Shown here: piece by piece, positions 9,102-17,285 of the stretch
How the letters are laid out: every line of letters begins with the position of its first letter
How positions within the stretch are numbered: the first letter of the stretch is position 1
NCBI GenBank assembly: GCA_020050435.1
Contig: JAGVKQ010000020.1
Location: 140,012-204,011 of the forward strand
DNA length: 64,000 bases
Reading direction: 5' to 3'
Source: Candidatus Caenarcanales bacterium
Lineage (GTDB): Bacteria > Cyanobacteriota > Vampirovibrionia > 2-02-FULL-35-15
The notes under the pieces: generated by a model
Seen by the model: only the letters and a program-made list of their open reading frames with translations
The model's database searches: none
Told to the model about the DNA's origin: nothing
Program-made: the position numbers and the translations under genes

Positions 9102-9917
9102 TTATTTTTTCTTATAGTCACTTTCATCAGATTGCTTGAAGTATTCATCTTTTCTAAGTACATCAGCTTCAGTACTATATCCAAACTGTCTAACGTACTT
9201 AACTAATTGCCATCTGAACTTATCATCAAATTCATAATGTTTTTGTTTATCTTCTCTTCCTGCCCATGGAGGCATTGCAGTCCATGGAATACCATTAGAG
9301 ATTTCATCAAATATTTTTTCATCTGTTTTTTCATACAATCTATCAAATTGGTTAAAGTTAGCTGGTTTTGGATTTAAATAGTAGTGAATATTTCCATCAG
9401 CAAAGCCTCTAGTACCATGACATACTGCACAATTGGCACCGAACTCTGTTTTCACTTTTTCAAAGTCTTCTGGCAATCCAAAAAGCTCAGACCTAAGATA
9501 CATTACAATATCCCATCTCTCTTTTATACTAAGATTTTCTTTAAATGATGGGTGTTTTGGATTGCTGGTAATTGTTTTAAATAAATGTGATGGAGTAACC
9601 TTGTTTATATAAGAGACAGTAAACTCGTGTTTATTAGGTTCTTTAGTAAAACTGTGACAACTAGCACAATTTGCAGCGTAGAATTTTTTACCTTCTACAA
9701 TGGATGGATCTTTAGTAGGATAAGCAAAATCTTCTCCGGCAGACTTTTCATCTATAAGAGGATTGGAATCAGACGGTAGGGAAACTTTTTTTAATGAGAT
9801 ATTTGACTGACAAGCAGATATAAGAAGTCCTACAACCACGATAGAACAAACCAATGTTATTGTTCTTGCTATTTGTGCTATTTTTTCTTTATCTTTCATT
9901 TTTTTATCAATACCCAA
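9102..9917 (-). CDS. diheme c-type cytochrome, lipoprotein (probable c1-equivalent of the bc-type complex)
   Basis: Signal peptide with lipobox LISAC. Two CxxCH motifs (CASCH, CAVCH). Confidence 0.7.
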   Translation of the reverse strand: MGIDKKMKDKEKIAQIARTITLVCSIVVVGLLISACQSNISLKKVSLPSDSNPLIDEKSAGEDFAYPTKDPSIVEGKKFYAANCASCHSFTKEPNKHEFTVSYINKVTPSHLFKTITSNPKHPSFKENLSIKERWDIVMYLRSELFGLPEDFEKVKTEFGANCAVCHGTRGFADGNIHYYLNPKPANFNQFDRLYEKTDEKIFDEISNGIPWTAMPPWAGREDKQKHYEFDDKFRWQLVKYVRQFGYSTEADVLRKDEYFKQSDESDYKKK

Positions 9918-10074
9918 AGAACGGAACCCAAGAAATTGTTGCCCATAGAAAAACTAAAAAGAATAAGATTATTAAAAATAAAGGTGGCTTATGATCACCC
10001 ATTCTATATTCTTCAGGTTTGGTAACCTGTGGTATTTGGCAAAGCGGCTGAAATTCATGCTTTTCTTCTGACAT
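9907..10074 (-). CDS. small membrane protein (55 aa)
   Basis: Read by eye: MSEEKHEFQPLCQIPQVTKPEEYRMGDHKPPLFLIILFFLVFLWATISWVPFFGY. ATG directly follows the stop of the upstream small ORF (taaATG). SD aggagg upstream. Confidence 0.3.
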   Translation of the reverse strand: MSEEKHEFQPLCQIPQVTKPEEYRMGDHKPPLFLIILFFLVFLWATISWVPFFGY

Positions 10075-10272
10075 TTACACAACCTCCTGAATACCATTTT
10101 CTTCTAGCATTTCATATTTTATATCTTCAAGATTATCTAATTGTCCTGACTTTAATGCCCAAAGAAAAATAACTCCTGCAAATACAAAAAATACTAAACA
10201 CATCCATGCAAACATACCAAGACCAGGCTTGGAAATTAAATCATTTACTACTTGTTCTGCTGTTACTTGCAT
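10075..10272 (-). CDS. small membrane protein, CcoQ/FixQ-like position
   Basis: 65 aa with one TM (GMFAWMCLVFFVFAGVIFLWAL), immediately downstream of ccoO. Confidence 0.35.
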   Translation of the reverse strand: MQVTAEQVVNDLISKPGLGMFAWMCLVFFVFAGVIFLWALKSGQLDNLEDIKYEMLEENGIQEVV

Positions 10273-10323
10273 ATTTTTTATTTTTCTAACCTTGAAACTT
10301 GTATCTTACAACTTGTAACTTGG

Positions 10324-11280
10324 TTAGTGTCCTCCCCCTGCACCAGGTGCTGGTCCATCAGTTTTAATAATCTCTGCTGGTTTTACTGAATTTAATTCAG
10401 CAGCAGAAGTTTTATTTACCTCAACCCATTTTTCTGGATCTATAGATTCATATCCTTTTGGATAAACTTCTGTTTCTCTAGGTAATGTTTTTAAGAAAGC
10501 TACTAAATACCATCTTTGTTCTTCTGTAAGTAATTTACCCCACTGAGGCATTCTAGTTCCAGGCACGCCTTCAGACACTCTCCAGAACCAAGTTACATCA
10601 TCATAATCTTTATAGAATGGTCTGCTAAAGTTAGCTGGTTTTTTAGCTATAGCAATAGCATTTGGTCCATTTCCTAAACCGTTGGTGCCATGACATGTAG
10701 CACAGTTCTGTTGGTAGATTCCACGTCCAGCATTCGCTGCAGCTGAGCCGTCTACATTTACTTTTCTTTTATCTAAAACTTTTCTAAGTTCGTCTGGTTG
10801 ATAGATTCTATGATATTTAACCATTCTCTTTTTACCAAGAGTTTGGATATAAGCAACAAGCTCATTCATCTCATCATCTTTTAAATATCCAAAAGGAGGC
10901 ATGATGGATCCAGGTGTCAATGTTCTAGGATTTTTCAAGTGAGATATATGCCATTGATCAGGATGTTTTTGACCTTCATTAGTAAGATCTGGACCTGTTC
11001 TAATAGTACCTAATACGTTTGGTGTTTCATATACATAGTCACCGGCTTGAGGTAATGGTCCGAAATCTCTATCCTGCGGTCTACTAAATTGACTATGACA
11101 ATAAACACAACCTTCTCTTACATAAATCTTTCTGCCTCTTGCTTCTTTAGGCGTGTACTCCACAGCAAACTCAGAAGCTGTTGGTCTGAAAATAAAATTC
11201 GGAAGTAAAACTGTAGTAAATGTAATTAGTCCAAAAGAGGCTAAAACTACAAATCCTGGAAGTATATAGTTTTTATTCAT
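10324..11280 (-). CDS. ccoO: cbb3-type cytochrome c oxidase subunit II (CcoO) fused to an additional monoheme c domain (CcoP-like)
   Basis: N-terminal TM. GRKIYVREGCVYCHSQFSRP and GTIRTGPDLTNEGQKHPDQWHISHLKNPRTLTPGSIMPPF closely match CcoO. A second CxxCH (CATCHG) lies in a C-terminal extension. Confidence 0.75.
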   Translation of the reverse strand: MNKNYILPGFVVLASFGLITFTTVLLPNFIFRPTASEFAVEYTPKEARGRKIYVREGCVYCHSQFSRPQDRDFGPLPQAGDYVYETPNVLGTIRTGPDLTNEGQKHPDQWHISHLKNPRTLTPGSIMPPFGYLKDDEMNELVAYIQTLGKKRMVKYHRIYQPDELRKVLDKRKVNVDGSAAANAGRGIYQQNCATCHGTNGLGNGPNAIAIAKKPANFSRPFYKDYDDVTWFWRVSEGVPGTRMPQWGKLLTEEQRWYLVAFLKTLPRETEVYPKGYESIDPEKWVEVNKTSAAELNSVKPAEIIKTDGPAPGAGGGH

Positions 11281-11281
11281 G

Positions 11282-12673
11282 CTACACCCTCGCCAATCCC
11301 GGTGGAACCATTGCTGGTTCTACAGTAGGCTCATCTAAGGGTTTTACTCCTCTAACTGTTTGAATAATATTAAATAATAAAAGAATATTTCCAAACCACA
11401 TCATTGCACCACCCAATGCTCTATAAATCCAATAAGGTACAAGCTCAACAACCCACTGACCTACTGGTATACCTAAATGCCAACCAGCAGATTGAACTAA
11501 CCCTGCTATGGTGAAAGCTGCAAAAAATATTAGGAATCCAATAAAAGTAAACCAGTAGTGAGCTCTAGCTAAAGCTACACTATAAATTTGTTTTCCTGTA
11601 ACTCTGGGGAAAATATAATAAATAGCACCCCAATCAAAGAATGAAAAAGTACCAAGAAGTGCTACGTGAGCATGACCTGGAACCCACTGAGTAAAATGAA
11701 TATACCAGTTAACTGATCTAGTTGCTTGAAATGGACCTTGAATACAAGTAACAAAATAAAAAAGTGCACCGGTTAAAACAAATCGAAGCGGTAAATTGTT
11801 AGCTACTTGCCACCAATTCCCCTTCATAGTCATAAAAAAGTTTGTAAGCACTGTAATAACTGGAATCACTAGAGCAACACTAAATACCACTGCAAGTGCT
11901 TTAAGCCACTCTGGCACTGGAGACTGCAAAATATGGTGAGTCCCTGTAGGTGCATAAAAGAATGCTATGGTCCAAAAACCAAGCATCGATAAACTATGAC
12001 TCCAGAGTGGTCTTCCTGAAAGTTTTGGAATCATATAGTATGCAATTCCAACTCCAAGAGTCGTAAACCACATTCCTAATATATTATGTCCATAAAACCA
12101 GTTAACAATTCCATCATTTAAACCATCTAATCTAACAAATGTTCTATTTCCTATAAAGTAAACAATAGGCATCCAAAAGAATGCACCGAGCATATACCAA
12201 AGACTTACGTATAGCTTTTTAACTTTTCTATTTAATACCGTTAAATAGACATTGTATGAAAGCGAAATTAAACCAACAACAACAATAATATCGATTGGTA
12301 CTGGAAACTCTGCATACTCACGGCCTTCTGAATAACCATTTAATAAACAAAGAACACCAGCAAAAATTGCAAAATTCCATACATAACATATGAAGTTAGC
12401 AAATTTTTCACTATAAAGCTTACATCTTGTGAGAGTAGGAATTATATAAAGAACAATTCCTATGTTTGCCATACTTAGCCAGCCAAATGCAACTGCATTG
12501 ATATGAGCAGGTCTGATTCTAGAAAAAGTAAGCTGAGGAATATTTGAACTAAGATCAGGAGCAACGAACTCTATGGCGCCGGTTAAACCAAGTGACATTC
12601 CTACCACAAGCCAAATAACTGCTGTAATTATAAAATTTTTACTTGCTGAGTTCTCTTTATCTGAAAGTATCAT
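11282..12673 (-). CDS. ccoN: cbb3-type cytochrome c oxidase subunit I (CcoN)
   Basis: Twelve-TM heme-copper oxidase fold. WFYGHNILGMWFTTLGVGIAYYMIPK and HAHVALLGTFSF histidine-ligand blocks. 2-nt overlap with ccoO. Confidence 0.8.
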   Translation of the reverse strand: MILSDKENSASKNFIITAVIWLVVGMSLGLTGAIEFVAPDLSSNIPQLTFSRIRPAHINAVAFGWLSMANIGIVLYIIPTLTRCKLYSEKFANFICYVWNFAIFAGVLCLLNGYSEGREYAEFPVPIDIIVVVGLISLSYNVYLTVLNRKVKKLYVSLWYMLGAFFWMPIVYFIGNRTFVRLDGLNDGIVNWFYGHNILGMWFTTLGVGIAYYMIPKLSGRPLWSHSLSMLGFWTIAFFYAPTGTHHILQSPVPEWLKALAVVFSVALVIPVITVLTNFFMTMKGNWWQVANNLPLRFVLTGALFYFVTCIQGPFQATRSVNWYIHFTQWVPGHAHVALLGTFSFFDWGAIYYIFPRVTGKQIYSVALARAHYWFTFIGFLIFFAAFTIAGLVQSAGWHLGIPVGQWVVELVPYWIYRALGGAMMWFGNILLLFNIIQTVRGVKPLDEPTVEPAMVPPGLARV

Positions 12674-12856
12674 TTTTTTTTATTTCAATTTTTTATTTTG
12701 ATTTTATTTTTTTAAAAGCCATAGCTAATTGTATTAAAGGTTAAGAAAAATCAAGGGGCTTAAAATAAATTCTTTATGAATACATATCTGATAAGAAATA
12801 AGTCGCCTTTGGTGAATCTGGCTCCAGAGGAGCGGGGGATAAGGGGTAAGCCGTAG

Positions 12857-12876
12857 AGACTTGATAAATCAAGTCT
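12857..12876. repeat. perfect 20-bp palindrome agacttgataaatcaagtct inside a GC-enriched island of the ccoN upstream region
   Basis: Direct reading. The gacttg/caagtc arms recur at 54458-54475. Confidence 0.6.
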
Positions 12877-13270
12877 AATATATGAAAACAATTCTTATAT
12901 TGTGTGGACAAAAAGATAAATTCAATATTGATATTTTTTCAAGATGCAAATCATTTTCAATAAAGATCGGTCAAATAATGAAAGTAAATATGTAATTATT
13001 TAAAAATAATTTTTTTAGGTTTTTAAATTGAATTTAAGCAGCAAGTAAATGTGGTTAGTTTTATAAATGGGCCGGGAACACCGGTGGAACTTTTTTATTA
13101 TCAGAAATAAATTCCGTTTCAAAAAAAATATTTTTTCTTATTATCAAAAATGCTTTCTGATAACAACCACAGAAAAGCATTTCACGAGGAACAGATCATT
13201 TCATATTGCCGACAATGTAGAGACGCCCTGATGGTGCATCTCCATTAAATATGAATGAAATGAGGTTCCT

Positions 13271-14542
13271 GTGCTTGTAAAAAAAGGTCTAACTAATATC
13301 ATTGAAGATGAAGATATTTTTGAATATAAAGATTCAGAACATTTATATACAAGCAGTTATTCATTAAAAAACACTTGGAGAAAAGAAGGTTCGGCAAGAA
13401 ATTTTGGTCATCCAATGCACTCTATGGCATCTAGATCAGGTTCATTTCCTCCAGCGCTTGCTGATTATTTTATAAGCAACTTTTCAAGAGTTGGGGATTT
13501 AGTTCTTGATCCATATTCAGGAAAAGGAACAACACCTTTTCAAGCATGCTTATTAGACAGAGTGGGTTTCGGTATAGATGTAGCACCGGAAGCATATGTT
13601 TTAACAGGAGCAAAAGTAAGCTGCATAAATCATGAGGAAGCCATTGATTATTTAAATGCTATCAAGTTTGGAATATCAAACACTAATATAAAAGATGTGC
13701 CACCTGATGTTAAAGTGTTTTTCTCCACTAAAACTCTGGCTCAAATACTAGTAATCAGAGAAAGATTATTAGAAGATTTAGGACTAGAATCAGACAAATT
13801 AGACTATGATAATGGGAAAGTTTTTCATATAGCAAAAACAAGAAGAGAACAATTAGCACAGTACTGGTTAGGGATTTTAACTGGAATATTACACGGCTCA
13901 TCCTCATACAGCCTGAGTCTTCCATGTTCACATTCATTTTCAATGGCTCCAAACTATACAAAAAACTATGCAAAAAAACATGGGTTAAAGAAACCAGACA
14001 GAAATGTAAAAATCTGTATGATTCAAAAATCTTTTTACTTACAAAGTGCAGGAATAGCACGTGTTCAAGGAAAAGCATACTTAGGAAAAGCACAAGAACT
14101 TCCTGATTCATGGGAAGAAAAAATAGATCTAGTGGTAACCTCTCCACCATATTTCACAGCACAAAGCTATGCATGGGACAACTGGCTTCGTGAATGGCTT
14201 TTAGGTTTTGATTTTAAAAATGTAAGAAAACAAACTACACAGACAGCAAGCTATGAAAAATATTCAAATGCTATGTATCTTTTCTTAAAAGAATCACATA
14301 GAGTTTTAAAACCAGGCAAACGTGCTTTCGTAGTAGTAGGTGACGTTACTAAAAAATCTGGTGATGAAAAAATAGTAATCAGAACCAGTGACGTCATAGC
14401 TAATGAAGGTAAAAAAGCAGGGTTTGATGTAGAGCTAATAATAAACGATGACATTCCACCTACTAAAAGATACAATTCATCATTCTTACAAGCAAATCAA
14501 GGTTTGACTATAGATAGAATTGTTTGTTTGAAGAAGAAGTAA
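13271..14542 (+). CDS. DNA methyltransferase, N6-adenine/N4-cytosine type (alpha-class motif order)
   Basis: Motif I DPYSGKGTT near the N-terminus and motif IV SPPY (VVTSPPYFTAQSY) about 210 aa later. GTG start with SD gaggt. Slightly GC-enriched relative to flanks. Confidence 0.75.
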   Translation: MLVKKGLTNIIEDEDIFEYKDSEHLYTSSYSLKNTWRKEGSARNFGHPMHSMASRSGSFPPALADYFISNFSRVGDLVLDPYSGKGTTPFQACLLDRVGFGIDVAPEAYVLTGAKVSCINHEEAIDYLNAIKFGISNTNIKDVPPDVKVFFSTKTLAQILVIRERLLEDLGLESDKLDYDNGKVFHIAKTRREQLAQYWLGILTGILHGSSSYSLSLPCSHSFSMAPNYTKNYAKKHGLKKPDRNVKICMIQKSFYLQSAGIARVQGKAYLGKAQELPDSWEEKIDLVVTSPPYFTAQSYAWDNWLREWLLGFDFKNVRKQTTQTASYEKYSNAMYLFLKESHRVLKPGKRAFVVVGDVTKKSGDEKIVIRTSDVIANEGKKAGFDVELIINDDIPPTKRYNSSFLQANQGLTIDRIVCLKKK

Positions 14543-15217
14543 TTAAAGCTTAAGGTTTACATCAAATTTATTTGGAGCACCATTTCTTGATACAACTAAT
14601 CCACTACCAATTATTGATACCAACTCATCTACCCCAAAACCATCAAGAGTTAAATTAGGATCAGCTAGTAAAACTCTTCTGGCTAAGAAATTAGGAACTG
14701 GCTGACCAGATGTCAAAGCTTTAGCTTCAGTCTCTGCAGCTTCTGCGTCCCATTTAGCAATCAGAGATTCATTATCAGCAAGAAATTGTTTAAATTGTAT
14801 GAAAGCATCATTTAGTTTCATGTTTGGAACTGAAGCTGGCATTTTAGGGTTAGTAAAAGCTATAGGACTATCTCCTGTTTGAATTCCAGGACCATATGAA
14901 ATAGTAGTTTGGCGACCAAATATAGTAGCTTTAAACCCTAATGCCTCTTTTCTATCAGGCTTTTTTATAACAACTTCTACATTTACTCTTTTATTTGCAG
15001 TGGATGTTCGAACATTAAAAAGAGTGGGTGAAAAATCAAGTCCATTTGTACATCTATCATTTAAAAGATCTCTTAATTCATTTACGGAAGTAGTAATATC
15101 ACCATTCAATGATATAAGAGCGTGATTACCAATTTGAGATATGTTTGAACCAAAACCTAATCCATTTGCTAAACCAGTACGATTAAAACTATTTAAAGTA
15201 ACAGCTGCAGTTGACAT
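14543..15217 (-). CDS. hypothetical protein (224 aa)
   Basis: Long ORF convergent with and abutting the methyltransferase. No recognisable motif. Confidence 0.4.
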   Translation of the reverse strand: MSTAAVTLNSFNRTGLANGLGFGSNISQIGNHALISLNGDITTSVNELRDLLNDRCTNGLDFSPTLFNVRTSTANKRVNVEVVIKKPDRKEALGFKATIFGRQTTISYGPGIQTGDSPIAFTNPKMPASVPNMKLNDAFIQFKQFLADNESLIAKWDAEAAETEAKALTSGQPVPNFLARRVLLADPNLTLDGFGVDELVSIIGSGLVVSRNGAPNKFDVNLKL

Positions 15218-15434
15218 ATATTTCTCCTTAAATACTTAAATAAGATAGGTAACATTCTATGTTAAAAGTTAGAAATAAATTTATATTGTTATTTTTAATT
15301 TATCTTAGAGTAGAGATTTTTTCGAAGATTAGATTTTTTTAATAATACTTGTTAGAGAAATTTTAATTAAGAATGCAAAGATTGCTGAAAAACTCTTTAA
15401 TATTTCACAAGATTGAAAAATTTAATAATTGACT

Positions 15435-15463
15435 ATTGAAATACTAAAACCAATATGTTAATA
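15435..15463 (+). promoter_or_regulatory. sigma70-like promoter TTGAAA-17-TAATAT (module A)
   Basis: Hexamers at 15435-15440 and 15458-15463 with a 17-bp spacer. Nearly identical to the module at 16880-16908. Confidence 0.45.
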
Positions 15464-15482
15464 TATTACACAACAGATATAA

Positions 15483-15561
15483 AACTTAAGTAAAAAGCAC
15501 TCAGCATCTGGGTTTAAGCATTAGCTGAAAGCTAAATGCTGTTTGCTTAAAGGAGGTCTAT
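15483..15561 (+). promoter_or_regulatory. conserved 5' leader with hairpin (agcattagct-gaaa-agctaaatgct) ending in SD aaaggaggtc
   Basis: Paralogous to 16692-16773: AAAAGCACTCA.CA..GGGTTT.AG.ATT ... TTGCT.AAAGGAGGTC. Confidence 0.45.
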
Positions 15562-15738
15562 ATGGGACTTTTTCCAGCTCGTGCTTTCCCCAGTGCAAGA
15601 ACTTTTGCAAGCCTAGGCAGCAGCAGCCAACCTAAATCTATAAAGAGAACTCCAGCAGCCTCCCCGGCAAGCACAACTACTATTACAGGAGATGGATTTT
15701 TAAAAGCCTTGGTTAATGCTTTTAGAATTTACGTTTAA
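15562..15738 (+). CDS. small ORF (58 aa, Ala/Ser/Pro/Thr-rich) downstream of a strong SD; may instead be part of a structured RNA
   Basis: ATG 7 nt after aaaggaggtc. GC-rich relative to genome. Nucleotide-level similarity to module C falls in a different reading frame, which argues against conservation as protein. Confidence 0.2.
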   Translation: MGLFPARAFPSARTFASLGSSSQPKSIKRTPAASPASTTTITGDGFLKALVNAFRIYV

Positions 15739-15867
15739 TCTCAAAGCTAAATAAACTCTTTTATTAAGAAAAGGTTTTTGCCAATTTAATACCTTTGGCT
15801 ATGGCATTTAATGCTTTGAAATTGCAGCTAATTCTAAAATTAAAAACTTTTATTTAAGGAGATCACC

Positions 15868-16587
15868 ATGAATAGAATTCCAAATGGGGGCATTACGCCT
15901 CCCACTCCACCAATTCCTCCCAGAGGTCCAAATGGTCCCTATGAAACTCCAGGTGATGATGAAAATCTAATCAAAGCAGAATTTGAATTTGATCCTTATC
16001 TTGTAGAACACTACCCTGAAGTAGCAGAGAGGATAGCTGAAACCATTAATCTTATAATTCCACTTAGACCTGATTTATTAGATGTGCTTTCTGATTCTAA
16101 TGTTAAATATTTCATTGGTGTAAGAGAAGATTTAAAATCTATGGTTGAACAATTCGCCGGAATAAAAGAACCGTTAAATAAATATGAATATGAAAAACAA
16201 TTTGACTTCGTAAAAAATGCTGCTGGTTATACTGGCTGCTGTTTAGGAGAAAAAGATAATCCAAGAAGTACAAAGGCTTCATTTATAACTTTTTTCACTC
16301 CTAATATAATCGATAGTAGATATGAGTTAATAGCAGAAATAATTAGACAGCTTACTTTTTCAAAAGAAGCACATAAACTTTTCAAAGACCATGTAGAAAG
16401 AGGCATTCCAATGAATGTAAGCTATCCAAGATTATTAGCAAAAGGAGATGAAGCCGTAATCAGTGCATTAGAGGAAATAAAAGGAATGCTTTATCCACAA
16501 ATTGATAATGAACTGAATACTCTACTAGCAGCAGTAAAATCTTCTCATGTAGAAAATATAGCTAGAATTGCAGAAAGAGAAAATTAA
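15868..16587 (+). CDS. hypothetical protein with Pro-rich N-terminus (239 aa)
   Basis: SD aaggagatcaccATG. PPTPPIPPRGPNGP N-terminus. No recognised domain. Confidence 0.5.
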   Translation: MNRIPNGGITPPTPPIPPRGPNGPYETPGDDENLIKAEFEFDPYLVEHYPEVAERIAETINLIIPLRPDLLDVLSDSNVKYFIGVREDLKSMVEQFAGIKEPLNKYEYEKQFDFVKNAAGYTGCCLGEKDNPRSTKASFITFFTPNIIDSRYELIAEIIRQLTFSKEAHKLFKDHVERGIPMNVSYPRLLAKGDEAVISALEEIKGMLYPQIDNELNTLLAAVKSSHVENIARIAEREN

Positions 16588-16691
16588 TCATTCTTAAACT
16601 TGTAAACTAATGCAAAATTAAAGAAGATAATAATCTCGACTTCTTTTGAGAGTGTGTTAGTATGTTACTTATCAAAGGTAGTTTTTAGTTT

Positions 16692-16773
16692 AAAAAGCAC
16701 TCAACAAGCGGGTTTCAGGATTGGCTTATTTTCAATTCCTGATAACTGATTGCTGCTTGCTCAAAGGAGGTCA
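16692..16773 (+). promoter_or_regulatory. second copy of the conserved leader (module C) ending in SD aaaggaggtc, followed by tandem ATG ATG and a 27-codon ORF
   Basis: Aligned by eye to 15483-15561. Confidence 0.4.
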
Positions 16774-16879
16774 ATGATGATTTTCCCTATAGGAGCGCGT
16801 GTTTCCCCATATATAAAAATATTCCCCAACCTATGCAAGAAATGGGACTCAAAAGGTTAAAAATTTAATATTTACTCTA

Positions 16880-16908
16880 TTGAACTAGGAAAAGAAATAT
16901 GTTAATAT
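16880..16908 (+). promoter_or_regulatory. sigma70-like promoter TTGAAC-17-TAATAT (module B)
   Basis: Paralogous to the 15435-15463 promoter including the flanking aaaaatttaata...tattgaa...aatatgttaatata. Confidence 0.45.
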
Positions 16909-16950
16909 AGGATCAACAAGACAGATTTTTACCTATAAAAGGAGGTATTT

Positions 16951-17115
16951 ATGACTCTCCCTAATATTTCTTTAGCCCAGTACATGGGGGCTAATATATT
17001 TCTAATAGTTTTAATCTTTTTGGCAGCAGTAATGCTAAATGCTTATCTACCACTTATTCCAGATACATGTGAAGGAGATAGATTTGATTCAAGAATAATA
17101 GTCCTAAGTAATTAA
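16951..17115 (+). CDS. small hydrophobic peptide (54 aa, one TM); type I toxin-like or small membrane protein
   Basis: Strong SD aaaaggaggtatttATG. MTLPNISLAQYMGANIFLIVLIFLAAVMLNAYLPLIPDTCEGDRFDSRIIVLSN. Confidence 0.35.
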   Translation: MTLPNISLAQYMGANIFLIVLIFLAAVMLNAYLPLIPDTCEGDRFDSRIIVLSN

Positions 17116-17285
17116 TTTCTCACAGCCCTCCTCGTTCCTTCGTCACTTGTCGGGCTTTGCAAAGTGCACTGGTATTGCCTTGTCTATCATTTTACAGGTT
17201 TTGCTGAATAAATCAGACAAAACCTTACTTTGCCAATACAACATAGAATAAATTTTACGATAGCTGAGTAATTATTTATCTTTAA

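Noticed and set aside
12857-12876. Possible FNR/CRP box (TTGAT...ATCAA) upstream of ccoN
   Set aside because: The palindrome is TTGA-N4-TCAA, whereas FNR-type sites are TTGA-N6-TCAA. The spacing is wrong. It is kept only as an unexplained palindrome.
13755-14475. Minus-strand ORFs (131 and 74 aa) and a 60-aa plus-frame ORF inside the methyltransferase gene
   Set aside because: They overlap a CDS with clear MTase motifs. They are likely spurious.
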